From: a virus
Taxonomy: Duplodnaviria; Caudoviricetes
DNA: 64,000 nucleotides
Virus record (IMG/VR): IMGVR_UViG_3300037067_008087
Coordinates: 18,397 to 82,396 of that record
Strand: one strand, 5' to 3'
The notes beneath the pieces were generated by a model. That model saw only the letters and a program-made list of their open reading frames with translations. It was not told the DNA's origin and ran no database searches. This document shows, in pieces, positions 1 to 10,400 of this stretch. Made by a program: the position numbers and the translations under genes. Every line of letters starts with the position of its first letter. The first letter of the stretch is position 1.

Positions 1-882
1 TTAGAATCTAAACTTTTATCTATATCTATAACTGGTAAAAGCAAAGGCCCTTCCACTATAAATATAGGGCTTAAAAAAGCGGTTGTAGACATAGAGGGAT
101 ATAAAAAAGGCACACTAGCTGGGATTAGAAGTGGGTTTTATAGGTTAGACAAACTAACTGGTGGTTGGCAGAAAAGCGACCTCATAATAATAGGGGGCAG
201 GCCTTCGCAGGGTAAAAGCCTTTTGGCAATTAAACATATAATGGAGTGTGGAGTGCCATCCCTATTCTTTTCTATAGAGATGAACCAAACAGCCATATCT
301 ACGCGCATGATATGTATGGAGTCAGGGCTTGGGAGTGATGATATAAGAAGAGGCCTTACTGATGATGAATTGGGTCTTGTAGACAGGGCTATATCTAAAC
401 TTGAAAAACTGCCAATTCTTATTGATGACACTCCGGCTATTCACATAACAGAACTTATAGCCAAAGCGAGAAGGGCTAAGTTAAAGCATAATATAGGCCT
501 TGTTGCTGTTGATTATATACAAAGAGTGACGGCAGACAGGAAATATCGTGGTGATAGTAGGGCATCTGAAGTTGGTATAATTACGGGTGCGTTAAAATCA
601 TTAGCCAAAGAAATTGATGTCCCCGTTATAGCCCTTAGTCAATTAAATCGTTCTATAGAAAGAGGGGGCACACGTAAACCCATGTTATCTGATTTAAAGG
701 AGAGTGGCGATATAGAGCAAGATGCTGATCTAGTTATCTTTGTCCACCGTCCATCATATTATGGTGATGACTCTGTGCCTGAAGATTCAATAATACTTGA
801 TGTCGCAAAACACCGCAACGGCAGGCTAGGAGAAATAATGATAAAAAAGACAAATAATTTCTCAAATTTATTGGATTATTGA
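1..882 (+). CDS. dnaB: Replicative DNA helicase DnaB (5'-truncated at the window edge)
   Basis: Frame 1 is open from base 1 (LESKLLS...GWQKSDLIIIGGRPSQGKS = Walker A) and continues into the 223..882 ORF, which has VAVDYIQ, ALSQLNRSIE, SDLKESGDIEQDAD and KHRNG, all DnaB C-terminal motifs. Confidence 0.95.
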   Translation, partial: LESKLLSISITGKSKGPSTINIGLKKAVVDIEGYKKGTLAGIRSGFYRLDKLTGGWQKSDLIIIGGRPSQGKSLLAIKHIMECGVPSLFFSIEMNQTAISTRMICMESGLGSDDIRRGLTDDELGLVDRAISKLEKLPILIDDTPAIHITELIAKARRAKLKHNIGLVAVDYIQRVTADRKYRGDSRASEVGIITGALKSLAKEIDVPVIALSQLNRSIERGGTRKPMLSDLKESGDIEQDADLVIFVHRPSYYGDDSVPEDSIILDVAKHRNGRLGEIMIKKTNNFSNLLDY

Positions 883-918
883 TAAAATATTATTAACATT
901 GTAGTAAATTTTAACATT

Positions 919-1245
919 ATGGAAAAGGTAAAAATTGTAGGAGTCTTCCAGAAAACATCAAAAAATAACAAGACTTATTATGAAATACAACTACAGGATG
1001 GGCGGAAAGGCACATCTTGGGACGCTGAGTTTCAGAACAATGTAAATAAAGAGGTTGCTATTGATGTAACATCAAATAAAAAAGGCGACATTACCTACCT
1101 TAATTTCGCTTTGGTAAAAGAAAGTGCAAGCAGTGGAGGCAATACCGCATTAAGGTTAGAGTGTTTAAAACTTGCATTAGCTTATGTGAATGATGGAAAT
1201 CCATTTACTATGGCTGATTCATATTATGAATGGGTTATTAAATGA
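919..1245 (+). CDS. Hypothetical protein, possibly a small OB-fold/ssDNA-binding or recombination protein
   Basis: 108 aa ORF with a beta-rich N-terminus (KTSKNNKTYYEIQLQDG); lies between the helicase and the nuclease with an ATGA overlap. Function inferred from context only. Confidence 0.45.
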   Translation: MEKVKIVGVFQKTSKNNKTYYEIQLQDGRKGTSWDAEFQNNVNKEVAIDVTSNKKGDITYLNFALVKESASSGGNTALRLECLKLALAYVNDGNPFTMADSYYEWVIK

Positions 1246-2045
1246 TACCAATAAACCATGATTTACAAGGTAAGCAGATAAACTACCTTGATAATAGAGC
1301 TTATCTAAGCACTCGCGGAAGTTATTACCCAAGCGTCACAACCGTACTTAACATAATAGATAAGGGAGAGCAATACAGGGATTGGCTTATGTCTAATGGA
1401 TATAATGCTGATTATAAGATGATAAAAGCCCAAGAGATTGGCACTAAGGTACATGGCTTAGTTGAAAGGTTTAACTCTAACCCCGACGACACCATCTTAT
1501 GTATTGAATATGATGAGAATGGAAGGCCAAGAAACATGTATGACAAAAGAGTGTGGGAAATGTTCTCACGCTATGTTAATTTCTATGATAGATTTAAGCC
1601 TGAGTTATTAGCCGTTGAGCAGATTGTGGTTTCTGATAATTACCAATTAGGGGGCACTATAGACCTCGTTTTTAGGCTTAACGGGCTTATATACTTAGCC
1701 GACAATAAAACAGGGGAGAACTTGCATAACACCCAAAGACTACAACTTGCCGCTTATGCTGTTATGTGGAATGAAGCATTTCCTGACTATAAAATAGATA
1801 AAATAGCTATACTTCATCTTAACGCTAAAACAAGAAGCGATGGGAAGGCTGGTTCTATTCAGGGAAGAGGTTGGCAGTTAAAAGAGATAGGTGGCGAAAA
1901 TGAATACAATAAGTTATTCAAGGTATTCATGAACTCATACGATGTTTGGAGATTTGAAAATCCAAACTGGAGACCATTAGTTTTAGAATTACCGGATAGA
2001 TTTAAAAGAGGAGACTATGACACAGCAAGAGAAGAATCAAATTAA
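1242..2045 (+). CDS. PD-(D/E)XK superfamily exonuclease (Cas4/RecB-like phage nuclease)
   Basis: Motifs YPSVTTVL, GTKVHGLVE, AVEQ, GTIDLV, ADNKTG, QLAAYA. Confidence 0.85.
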   Translation: MIPINHDLQGKQINYLDNRAYLSTRGSYYPSVTTVLNIIDKGEQYRDWLMSNGYNADYKMIKAQEIGTKVHGLVERFNSNPDDTILCIEYDENGRPRNMYDKRVWEMFSRYVNFYDRFKPELLAVEQIVVSDNYQLGGTIDLVFRLNGLIYLADNKTGENLHNTQRLQLAAYAVMWNEAFPDYKIDKIAILHLNAKTRSDGKAGSIQGRGWQLKEIGGENEYNKLFKVFMNSYDVWRFENPNWRPLVLELPDRFKRGDYDTAREESN

Positions 2046-2184
2046 GGAAGCCAAAATGAAATATAAGTATGCCCTTAAACATAGAGATGTTTACAAAATC
2101 CAAAGAGACGAAATACTAAACGCAATAATTACATCCCCCACTCCTAATTGGGGGAGCCTGATAATCAAAGTGACATACATATGA
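2017..2184 (+). CDS. Small hypothetical protein (55 aa; not in the ORF track)
   Basis: Hand translation: ATG at 2017 after GAGGAG, MTQQEKNQIKEAK...IIKVTYI*. The TGA overlaps the ATG at 2181 (ATGA coupling). Confidence 0.55.
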   Translation: MTQQEKNQIKEAKMKYKYALKHRDVYKIQRDEILNAIITSPTPNWGSLIIKVTYI

Positions 2185-2981
2185 TCCATTTTTTTTGCCC
2201 CTTAGGTGGTAAAGCAGGATGGGATGATAATGAGTTAAGATATATGTTGAGAAGCCTTGAAAAGAACGTGGACGCGGAATTTGATATAACCGTGTATAGT
2301 GATCATAACGTCCCGTGGCTTAGGAATGTAAAGTTTAAAATTATAGACAGGCCAAGAGACGGCAACTATGAGAATTTCTGGGACACACTTAATAAGATTT
2401 ATTCTTATTCTGTAGCGCATCGGCACTCTAAAATGGACACATTCATTTATATTTATGATGATGTTGTATTATTAAAGAAATCTAGAGTAGGAGATTTATC
2501 TGAATTGTTTAATGTAGCATTACAGGAAGATATTATTGATAACCAAAAGAGAAATAAAACGAAGCACGGACGTACTATAAAAAAGGCATTAGAGTTAACT
2601 AATGGCAAATACAACTACGAAACACACATGCCTAGACTATATCACGCCAATATAGTATTAGAGGTGTTTAAATTATATAACGTATTTTCATGTGATATAC
2701 CGCCATCATTCGCCACGCTATACTATAATCACTTAGACACAGCCCCCACTTTATTGAAAAACACCAGAAACAAAAGGGTTTCATTTTGTTTTGAAGATGA
2801 AGATAGCACAGGATCAGTAACAGCCGTAAATGAAGGAGAAATAGATATATTTTGTAAGAATAAGATGTGGTTGCATTATAACGACAAAGGATTAAATTTT
2901 GCCCCAAATGGACAACAGATACTTAAGAATTATATAATGAAAATGCTTCCTAACCCGTCTAAATTTGAATTATATGTTTAG
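2181..2981 (+). CDS. Stealth-family-like sugar-1-phosphate transferase
   Basis: DDNELRYMLRSLEKN...VPWLRN resembles Stealth CR2 (ELRYSLRS..K...P.WL); also YDDVVL and ETHMP. Start moved from 2148 to the ATG at 2181 because of the ATGA overlap. Confidence 0.6.
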   Translation: MIHFFCPLGGKAGWDDNELRYMLRSLEKNVDAEFDITVYSDHNVPWLRNVKFKIIDRPRDGNYENFWDTLNKIYSYSVAHRHSKMDTFIYIYDDVVLLKKSRVGDLSELFNVALQEDIIDNQKRNKTKHGRTIKKALELTNGKYNYETHMPRLYHANIVLEVFKLYNVFSCDIPPSFATLYYNHLDTAPTLLKNTRNKRVSFCFEDEDSTGSVTAVNEGEIDIFCKNKMWLHYNDKGLNFAPNGQQILKNYIMKMLPNPSKFELYV

Positions 2982-3897
2982 CGCTGTAATTACAACCATT
3001 CAGGAGCCAACCAAGGAGACGAAAGAACTTGTAAAAAAATTAGAAAGGCCGTTGATAGTAATAGGGAATAAAAAGACACCAGAGTATAATCTTCCCGGAG
3101 CCAAGTTTTATTCTTTAGACGATCAAAAGAAATTAGGCTTTCAGGTAAATAATTATTTACCAGTTAACTCATATACAAGGAAGAATATAGGCTATCTGAT
3201 AGCTATGAAGAATAAATCCACGGCTATATTCGACGCAAATGATGATGCAGCCCCCTGTGATGGGTGGGTTAAGAGAGATATAATATCTAAAAGCGTTGAA
3301 GCTATTGAATATAAATGGACAAACGTTCTCAAGTGGTTTATGTATGACTTATGGCCGTCTAAGTTTAGGGTGGCGCGTATTAATATGTTGGATTTTGCCT
3401 TAGGAGACATCAAAGATGGCGTGTACCCAATACAATATGGGATGGTTGATGGTGATAATTGGGCTTTTAATGAATCTGTGCCATTAAGCGTTAGGGCGGG
3501 GAACTGGTGTTTGTTTAATGGCAGAAATACATGGTGGTTCCCTAAGGCGTATCCATTGATGTACCTGCCGTCATATTGCAGCTCAACGCTTGCTGAAATA
3601 TGGAGAAGCTTTGTAGCCCAAAGGTGTTTATGGGAAATGGGGCATCAAGTTTTGTTTTATACGGGGCACATGTTTAAATCAGGGAGACTCAGCAGCCCAG
3701 AAGATATTGAAGAAGAAATAGACGGATACTCTGTGGATGACAAAATACTCAGTATATTGAGCAATTTATCGCTGAATGGCGATAGTTGTGATAATATGAG
3801 GGCTTGTTACGAAGCGCTCATAAAGGAATATATAATACCAGACGAAGAAATGTATTTAATAGATGCATGGATAAATGATATAAATAATTTAATATGA
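2974..3897 (+). CDS. STELLO/DUF288-like glycosyltransferase
   Basis: VITTIQEPT, VIGNKKTP, SYTRKNIGYLIA, IFDANDD, FNGRNTWW, YPLMYLP, IWRSFVAQR follow the STELLO family pattern. Probable start is the ATG at 2974. Confidence 0.75.
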   Translation: MFSAVITTIQEPTKETKELVKKLERPLIVIGNKKTPEYNLPGAKFYSLDDQKKLGFQVNNYLPVNSYTRKNIGYLIAMKNKSTAIFDANDDAAPCDGWVKRDIISKSVEAIEYKWTNVLKWFMYDLWPSKFRVARINMLDFALGDIKDGVYPIQYGMVDGDNWAFNESVPLSVRAGNWCLFNGRNTWWFPKAYPLMYLPSYCSSTLAEIWRSFVAQRCLWEMGHQVLFYTGHMFKSGRLSSPEDIEEEIDGYSVDDKILSILSNLSLNGDSCDNMRACYEALIKEYIIPDEEMYLIDAWINDINNLI

Positions 3898-4610
3898 AAA
3901 ATATATCAACTGAATTTACGTATGATGATAAGATGCCTTTTGAAATGCGTATAGACCAAGATTCTAAATGCCCAATAATTTGCCATATAGATTGTGGGCA
4001 TGGCGGGATGGTTAATGGGGTTTATCAAACTAATGGCAAAATGTGTGATCATGGAGACTTTGTGTTTTACGAGGGGGTTTTTAATAGGGTAATAGGGAAG
4101 GCGCTTGCTGTTAAATTTTATCAGGGAAACATATCTTATAATTTTACAACTACATCTAATTACGACACCCCTCTTCCTGAAAGAATAGAAAAGGTGGGGC
4201 GATTGGTGAAGCATTACAAGAGCCATAAACACATATTGCTATCATTACACGCAAATGCATTTGGGGTTGAGTCTACGTCTGGTTTTGAATATTTTACAAC
4301 ACCCGGAGTGACAGAATCTGATTATGCCGCCAATTTCTACTATCCTTATATCCTTGACTTAGGGATGAAGATGAGAATAAGCGCTCCTAATCCCAATGAA
4401 TATGACAAAGAATCAAGATTTTATGTGATTTTAAAAGGAGAAGAGGTGGGTTGTGTGTCTTTATTGTTTGAGGCTGGATTTATGACTAACAAAGAAGAGG
4501 CGCTTAAAATGCTAACTCCAGAGTTCCAAAATGCCTATGTTAATGCATTATATTTAGGGACACAAGATATCATAACCCAAATAGATGTTTACGGTAGTAT
4601 AAAAAAATAA
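3894..4610 (+). CDS. N-acetylmuramoyl-L-alanine amidase (Amidase_3), probable endolysin
   Basis: Zn-ligand motifs DCGHGG, EGVFN, SLHANA and LFEAGFMTN. Confidence 0.9.
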   Translation: MKNISTEFTYDDKMPFEMRIDQDSKCPIICHIDCGHGGMVNGVYQTNGKMCDHGDFVFYEGVFNRVIGKALAVKFYQGNISYNFTTTSNYDTPLPERIEKVGRLVKHYKSHKHILLSLHANAFGVESTSGFEYFTTPGVTESDYAANFYYPYILDLGMKMRISAPNPNEYDKESRFYVILKGEEVGCVSLLFEAGFMTNKEEALKMLTPEFQNAYVNALYLGTQDIITQIDVYGSIKK

Positions 4611-4614
4611 GAAT

Positions 4615-5157
4615 ATGAATAATAGAGGAGTATGGGATGAGTCAGAAGCAAAGAGCAGGCATGTATTCGACTTAGGATTATGTTTTGGGATAGCAGATTA
4701 TATATCCCAAAATGATACTATAGTTGATATAGGGTGTGGGAACGGCGCCTACGTGAAAGCATTAAAAAAAGTGGGCTTTGATATAATTGGCTTTGATGGC
4801 TGCTTGATAACACCTGAAATAACTGAAGGGTTGTGTGAGGTTTGTGATTTTTCAGAAAGAGCTGATATAGGTGTATATGATGTTGTTTTGTGTTTAGAGG
4901 TTGGAGAGCATATACCAGCTGAGTATGAGAATATTTTTATTGATAATGTTTGCCGCGCTACCAAGAAGTTGTTAATATTAAGCTGGGCTATAGAAGGACA
5001 GGGAGGGGACGGGCACGTTAATTGCCGTAATAATGATTATATTATCAATAAGATAGAGCAGGAGGGACTTAAGTATGATAAATTAATGGGAGATAAATTA
5101 AGGGGGCTTGCTTTCCATGAGTGGTTTAAAAATACAATAATGTGTTTTAAGAAATGA
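4615..5157 (+). CDS. Class I SAM-dependent methyltransferase
   Basis: IVDIGCGNG motif I, GFDG, DVVLCLEVGEHI, GHVNC. Confidence 0.85.
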   Translation: MNNRGVWDESEAKSRHVFDLGLCFGIADYISQNDTIVDIGCGNGAYVKALKKVGFDIIGFDGCLITPEITEGLCEVCDFSERADIGVYDVVLCLEVGEHIPAEYENIFIDNVCRATKKLLILSWAIEGQGGDGHVNCRNNDYIINKIEQEGLKYDKLMGDKLRGLAFHEWFKNTIMCFKK

Positions 5158-5783
5158 TAACGGTGTTAATATGCGTCCACTCCCGTGATGACCTTCATGA
5201 TAAGCTATTCGGGGAGGCCCTTGATAGTTTACTCGCTCAAACCTATAAGGAATTTAAAACAGTTATTGTGTTTGATGAATGTTGGGATAACACCTATAAG
5301 GTAGCCGAAAAGTTGACTAACTACATACAGGTTATAAAGACCCCCAAAACCGGATTATCAGACGCTAAGAACGAGGGTATAAGATACATAAACACAGATT
5401 GGGTTGCGTTCCTTGATGCAGACGACATGTGGCTCCCTGAAAAATTAGAGAAACAGGTTAAACACCTACAGAATGCGGACATTATTTCTACTCATTATTG
5501 GTTTAGAAAGATAGGCGATAAAGAGGAAATAACTGAGTCTTGTTTTTCTACAAAAGATTATGTCACTCATGATCAAATAGCCGCAAGGCTCCCTGTAGAG
5601 AATTGCCTCTGTCATGGTTCTATTCTCATGAAGCGCAGTATCTTTGATAAGGTTAAATACGGTAATCACAAGGGCATAGAAGATTGGGTGTTATGGAAAG
5701 ACTGCCTTGCGCTCGGATATAGATTTTATCAGTTACCTGAAAGATTATATGTTTACACAACAAACACAAGCGTAGAAAGATGA
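5154..5783 (+). CDS. GT2-family glycosyltransferase
   Basis: GLSDAKNEGI, AFLDADDMWLPEKLEKQ (DXD), EDWVLW. Confidence 0.9.
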   Translation: MITVLICVHSRDDLHDKLFGEALDSLLAQTYKEFKTVIVFDECWDNTYKVAEKLTNYIQVIKTPKTGLSDAKNEGIRYINTDWVAFLDADDMWLPEKLEKQVKHLQNADIISTHYWFRKIGDKEEITESCFSTKDYVTHDQIAARLPVENCLCHGSILMKRSIFDKVKYGNHKGIEDWVLWKDCLALGYRFYQLPERLYVYTTNTSVER

Positions 5784-6865
5784 CGATACACGAACAAAAG
5801 GCTGAGACCATAATTAAGTACTCAAATAAGTACGGATTAGATACCATGATTGAGACCGGCACTTATTATGGAGACATGGTGGAGTCCCAACGAAACAATT
5901 TCAAAAAAATAATATCTATTGAACTTGGTGACGGGTTGGCAAAGAAAGCACAAGAACGGTTTGATGCTTATCCCCATATAAAGATACTTCAGGGCGACAG
6001 CGCTGAGGTTATTATGCAGCTATTACCAAGGGATCGTACATTGTTTTGGTTAGACGCCCATTGTTCCGGTAATGATACGGCGGGAAGTGATGAGGATAAC
6101 CCCCTTATTCACGAATTGGAGGCGCTTGTAAAAGATAAAAACCATGTTATATTAATAGATGACATTCATGATAAAAGGCAGGACTTAGAGGACATAGTGG
6201 AGGGGATGATTGTCTCTTATGAACCGGGGATTATGGTTTTAGAACCCCGTGAAATAAGTAATGTAAATTTTTCTATTACCACAGCGTGTAATAGAAGTTG
6301 TAGAAACTGTTCCTATAACGCCCCGAATAAGAGCGTGAAACATCTTACAGAGCAAGAAATACGCCATGCTGCCCCTTATTTTAGTGGTTGTTCTATTACT
6401 ATTACGGGAGGAGAGCCGACAATACACCCTAAATTCCTTGAATTAGTGCCCAAGTTTGAAGAAATATTCGGACGCAAGGTGTCTATCGAGACTAATGGGT
6501 ATATGTTAAAAAAACATCCTGACATATTCAGGCACTTTAAGAATATCCACATTGCTAACTATATAAAAGGAGATTACTTTACCGCCAAAGAAGATAATAC
6601 GGCGGTTATTAAGTGGTTTGTAAAGAATTACCCTGACATTAATGTATGTGTAGACGAGATGCGATCACACAGGGATAGAAATACTTGGGGCAAGAGGATT
6701 TGCCCTGCCGGGACTGCTATAACCATTGCGTATATGGGCGGGTTAGTATATCCATGCTGTATAGGAGATGGTCATATGGGCGCTATAGGTATAGGGCTGG
6801 ATGGATGGAGAGATAAAATACGTAATACGCCCCTTAATTGTCATAAATGCTTTTTCTCGCTATGA
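5780..6865 (+). CDS. Fusion of a methyltransferase-like domain and a radical SAM (SPASM/twitch-type) domain
   Basis: N-half ETGTYYG, SIEL, GDS, FWLDAH, ILIDD; C-half CNRSCRNC (CxxxCxxC), TGGEPT, ETNG, plus C-terminal cysteines CPAG, YPCC and CHKC. Confidence 0.8.
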   Translation: MTIHEQKAETIIKYSNKYGLDTMIETGTYYGDMVESQRNNFKKIISIELGDGLAKKAQERFDAYPHIKILQGDSAEVIMQLLPRDRTLFWLDAHCSGNDTAGSDEDNPLIHELEALVKDKNHVILIDDIHDKRQDLEDIVEGMIVSYEPGIMVLEPREISNVNFSITTACNRSCRNCSYNAPNKSVKHLTEQEIRHAAPYFSGCSITITGGEPTIHPKFLELVPKFEEIFGRKVSIETNGYMLKKHPDIFRHFKNIHIANYIKGDYFTAKEDNTAVIKWFVKNYPDINVCVDEMRSHRDRNTWGKRICPAGTAITIAYMGGLVYPCCIGDGHMGAIGIGLDGWRDKIRNTPLNCHKCFFSL

Positions 6866-7497
6866 AAGTAATAAGTTATTGTTTGTGGGGTAATAACCCT
6901 AAGTATATAGATGGGTTGTACCGCAATGTCTGTATTATAAAAGAGAAGCTCCCGGGATATAGGGTCTATTTATATGTAAATAAGAATTATTATATTGACA
7001 TTGATGGGTTTACGGTAATAAGAACCAATCATGACGGAAACTATCTAATGTTTGACAGATTCAGACCAGTCGGAGATATAACATATAGTAGAGATTTAGA
7101 CTCCCCTATATTAGACAGAGAGATAGAGGCGATGAAAGAATTTGAGGCTTCTGATAAAGGCATCCATGTAATGAGAGATCACCCGTATCATCGCGCGCGT
7201 ATTCTAGGAGGCACATTAGGGATAAAGAAGGGAGCCGTAAGGGGGATTAATAAACTAATAGATAATCATATTTATAAATACAATGATGAGTGGTTTAGCG
7301 ACCAGATATTCCTAAATGACATAATTTATCCTATGGTAAAGGATAATATGCTTATACACTCATCTATTAACTTCTACACCGATGAAAAACCAACTCCCTT
7401 TCCAACAGAGAGAGTGGGAGATGAGTTTGTGGGAATGATATTGCCGAGGGTTTATGAACATCATGCCGTATTAAGAAATGCTGAAAATATTATTTAA
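6862..7497 (+). CDS. Putative glycosyltransferase-like protein (GT-A-like, family uncertain)
   Basis: VISYCLWGNNPKY, RDLDS (DXD), HVMRDHPYH, ILGG, DQIFL; sits inside the glyco cluster. Start is the ATG at 6862 (ATGA overlap). Confidence 0.55.
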   Translation: MKVISYCLWGNNPKYIDGLYRNVCIIKEKLPGYRVYLYVNKNYYIDIDGFTVIRTNHDGNYLMFDRFRPVGDITYSRDLDSPILDREIEAMKEFEASDKGIHVMRDHPYHRARILGGTLGIKKGAVRGINKLIDNHIYKYNDEWFSDQIFLNDIIYPMVKDNMLIHSSINFYTDEKPTPFPTERVGDEFVGMILPRVYEHHAVLRNAENII

Positions 7498-10400
7498 TTT
7501 TCCAACAAGAGAGAGGCCTGATAGGTTTAAGAAGAGTCTTGATTCAATCCTTAATAATTGCGAGGGCGATTTTAGGGTGATTGTTAAATTAGATAGAGAT
7601 GACCCTACGATAAGCCGCTATTTAGCTCTAGTGGACGAATACCGTAATTATCCTATTATATGGAATATAGGAGATTCAAAAAATAAGGTTAATGCAATTA
7701 ATAGAGATATATCTAATCTTGAATGGGATGTTGTTTTTTGTTGGGCTGATGATATATTTGCCATATACAAAGGCTTTGATAATATTATACGGGGTTCTTT
7801 TACAGACATAAACTCTTGGCCGTGCTTTTGGGATGGATACAGGAAGGATGATCTTATTACCATGTGCATTGTAAGTAGGGTTAATTACGATAGGTTCGGG
7901 TATGTATATTATCCGGGCTATGAATCCCTGTACTGCGACAACGAAATGACTGAAATAGCGAGGATTATGGGCGGGTTGAATGTTATACGCCATCCGCAAA
8001 TAGTTAAGCATAATCACCCCGCGCTAAATACCAATGTGCGATTCGATGAACTAAACACTAAAAACGACAAAAGTTCTTCCGTTGACAAGAAGTTATTTGA
8101 AGAGCGTAAAAATAACAATTTTTACATAAACAATAACGATGAGTTGTTAGCCTTAAAATACCAGCAGGAGCCATTAGAGTACGAGGGTTTAATATACAAA
8201 TATTTTAACCCGAAAAAGAAATTAACCATTTTCGAGGTAGGAGCCTGCCAATGTGAGGATACCCTGAAATTACAGAAGTTATTCCCTAATTCTGATATTC
8301 ATGCGTTTGAGCCAATACCGGACAATTACAACAAAGGGCGCCAAAAGATAAGCGGCATCACTCTAAATAATATAGCTGTATCAGACCACAAGGGGGAAGA
8401 TGATATGTATGTAAGCTCTGGGGCTCCCTGTGGCAGCGGAGAGTTTTATGGTAACAAAAGCAGTTCTTTATTAGCCCCATATAAACACCTTGAGATATTT
8501 GAGTGGTGTAAGTTCAATAAGAAGGTACGAGTTAAAGTAGATACTATCGCCAACTACATAACCAAGAAAAACATAAAGCACATTAATTTCATCCATATGG
8601 ATGTTCAGGGGGCTGAGTTACAGGTACTAAAAGGATGCGGGGCGTTTATTTCTAATGTGGATATAGTGTTTTTAGAGGTGGCAAGAATAGAAATGTATAA
8701 GGATCAAGCCTTATTGCCGGACATAAACGACTTTTTTATTTCTAATGGCTTTGAATTGATATATCAGAATGTTAGCGATGTTGCAGGTAATCAATTATGG
8801 GCGAGGATTAAATCGGATTTGCTATTTACTTCCATGCCAAAATATTGTATTAATCTTGCAAAGGAAGTTGACCGAAGAGTTGGCGTGGCTGGTGAATTTG
8901 AAAAGTTAGGGCTATCTATAAATTTCTATAACGCCATAGATGGCAAGAAGCTGGAGCCAAGTAGAACCATGACGGCGAATGAGATTGCATGCTCTAGGTC
9001 TCATAGAAACATAATTAAAGAAGCAAAGAGGCAAGGCCTTGAGTATGTATATATATGCGAGGATGACATTAAGTTCTGTGATGATTTCTGGAAAAGAATA
9101 AGGCGCATAGAGTCTTGTGGGTTAGATTATGATATGTTATTTTTAGGAGGGCACTTTAGTGATAAAGAGGCTATGCCCATAGAATCATCCCCTACAATAC
9201 ATGATAATATATATAGGGTATATAGATTAGCAGGGGCATATTCTTATATTGTTAAAAGTACCGCTTATGATAAAATACTTAATGCGCCAGAGAAATTTGC
9301 TATAGATGCTTTATATTGTTATTTTATTCAGAAACAAGTTAAAGCCTATGCGTTCATCCCATTCTTAACAACTTGTGCGCCTTGTTTCTCTAATATAACC
9401 GGGGTATATATGGAGTACCCCCATGTAAAATGGTATTATTCAAAAAAAATAGAAATGATTACTTATACGAAGTTAGGTAAAAACGGCAGGCTTGGGAACC
9501 AGTTGTTTCAAGTAGCCGCAGCTATTGCGATAGCTAAAGATAATAAAACAACGGCTAAATTGCCCGTTAACTGGCAATACCGTAATTATTTCAATGTGCC
9601 AGACAAATATTTTGGAGATACGTCACCGGATTTATTGGTGAATGTATCAAATTATCATTATGACATAAGCAAACTGGAGAAGGTTGACTTTGAAAAATGC
9701 GTTGACCTATTTGGGTATTTCCAATCAGAGAAGTATTTTAAAAATATTAAAAAAGATATCATAAAATGGTTCACGCCCAAGGTGGCTAGGTTAGATGAGT
9801 GGTCTGTTGGTATGCATATACGCAGAGGAGATTTTGTGGGTAATAAGGCTCATATAAACCTAAAGCCAGAATATTATATTAGCGCTATTGATAAGTATTT
9901 TAATGACCCACGCTATAAGTTTTATATATGCACTGATGATCCAGACTATGCAAGATTCCATTTCAAGGGTGATCGGTTTATAATAGCAGATAGAACGGAA
10001 CTTGAGGACTTTGATGTTATGGTATCATGCCAAAATCACATCTTAGCCAATAGCTCATTTAGTTGGTGGGGGGCTTATTTAGCACAAAGCAAGAGGGTTA
10101 TTCGCCCCGCTAAATCTTTTAGGGGTGTGCTTGATCCTCTTAGTGAGAAAGACCTGTGGCAGCCTGAGTGGATAACCCATGAAGATCACCGGATAGACCT
10201 ATCTGATGTTACTTTTATCACTACATTTAAGTACGATCACCCAGATAGGATAGAGAACCTTGATATATTTATGGATCAGCTTGGGGCTTATAAAACTAAC
10301 ATCCTTATAGGGGAGATGGGAGGGCAAATTGTAAAAGAAAAGTATCCTAAAAACTACGTAGACTTAAATTTTATAAAAGTCTTCCATCATACCCGCAGTA

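Noticed and set aside
1242-2045. Cas4-like nuclease as part of a CRISPR system
   Set aside because: No cas1/cas2 or array; stand-alone PD-(D/E)XK nucleases are ordinary in phage replication modules.
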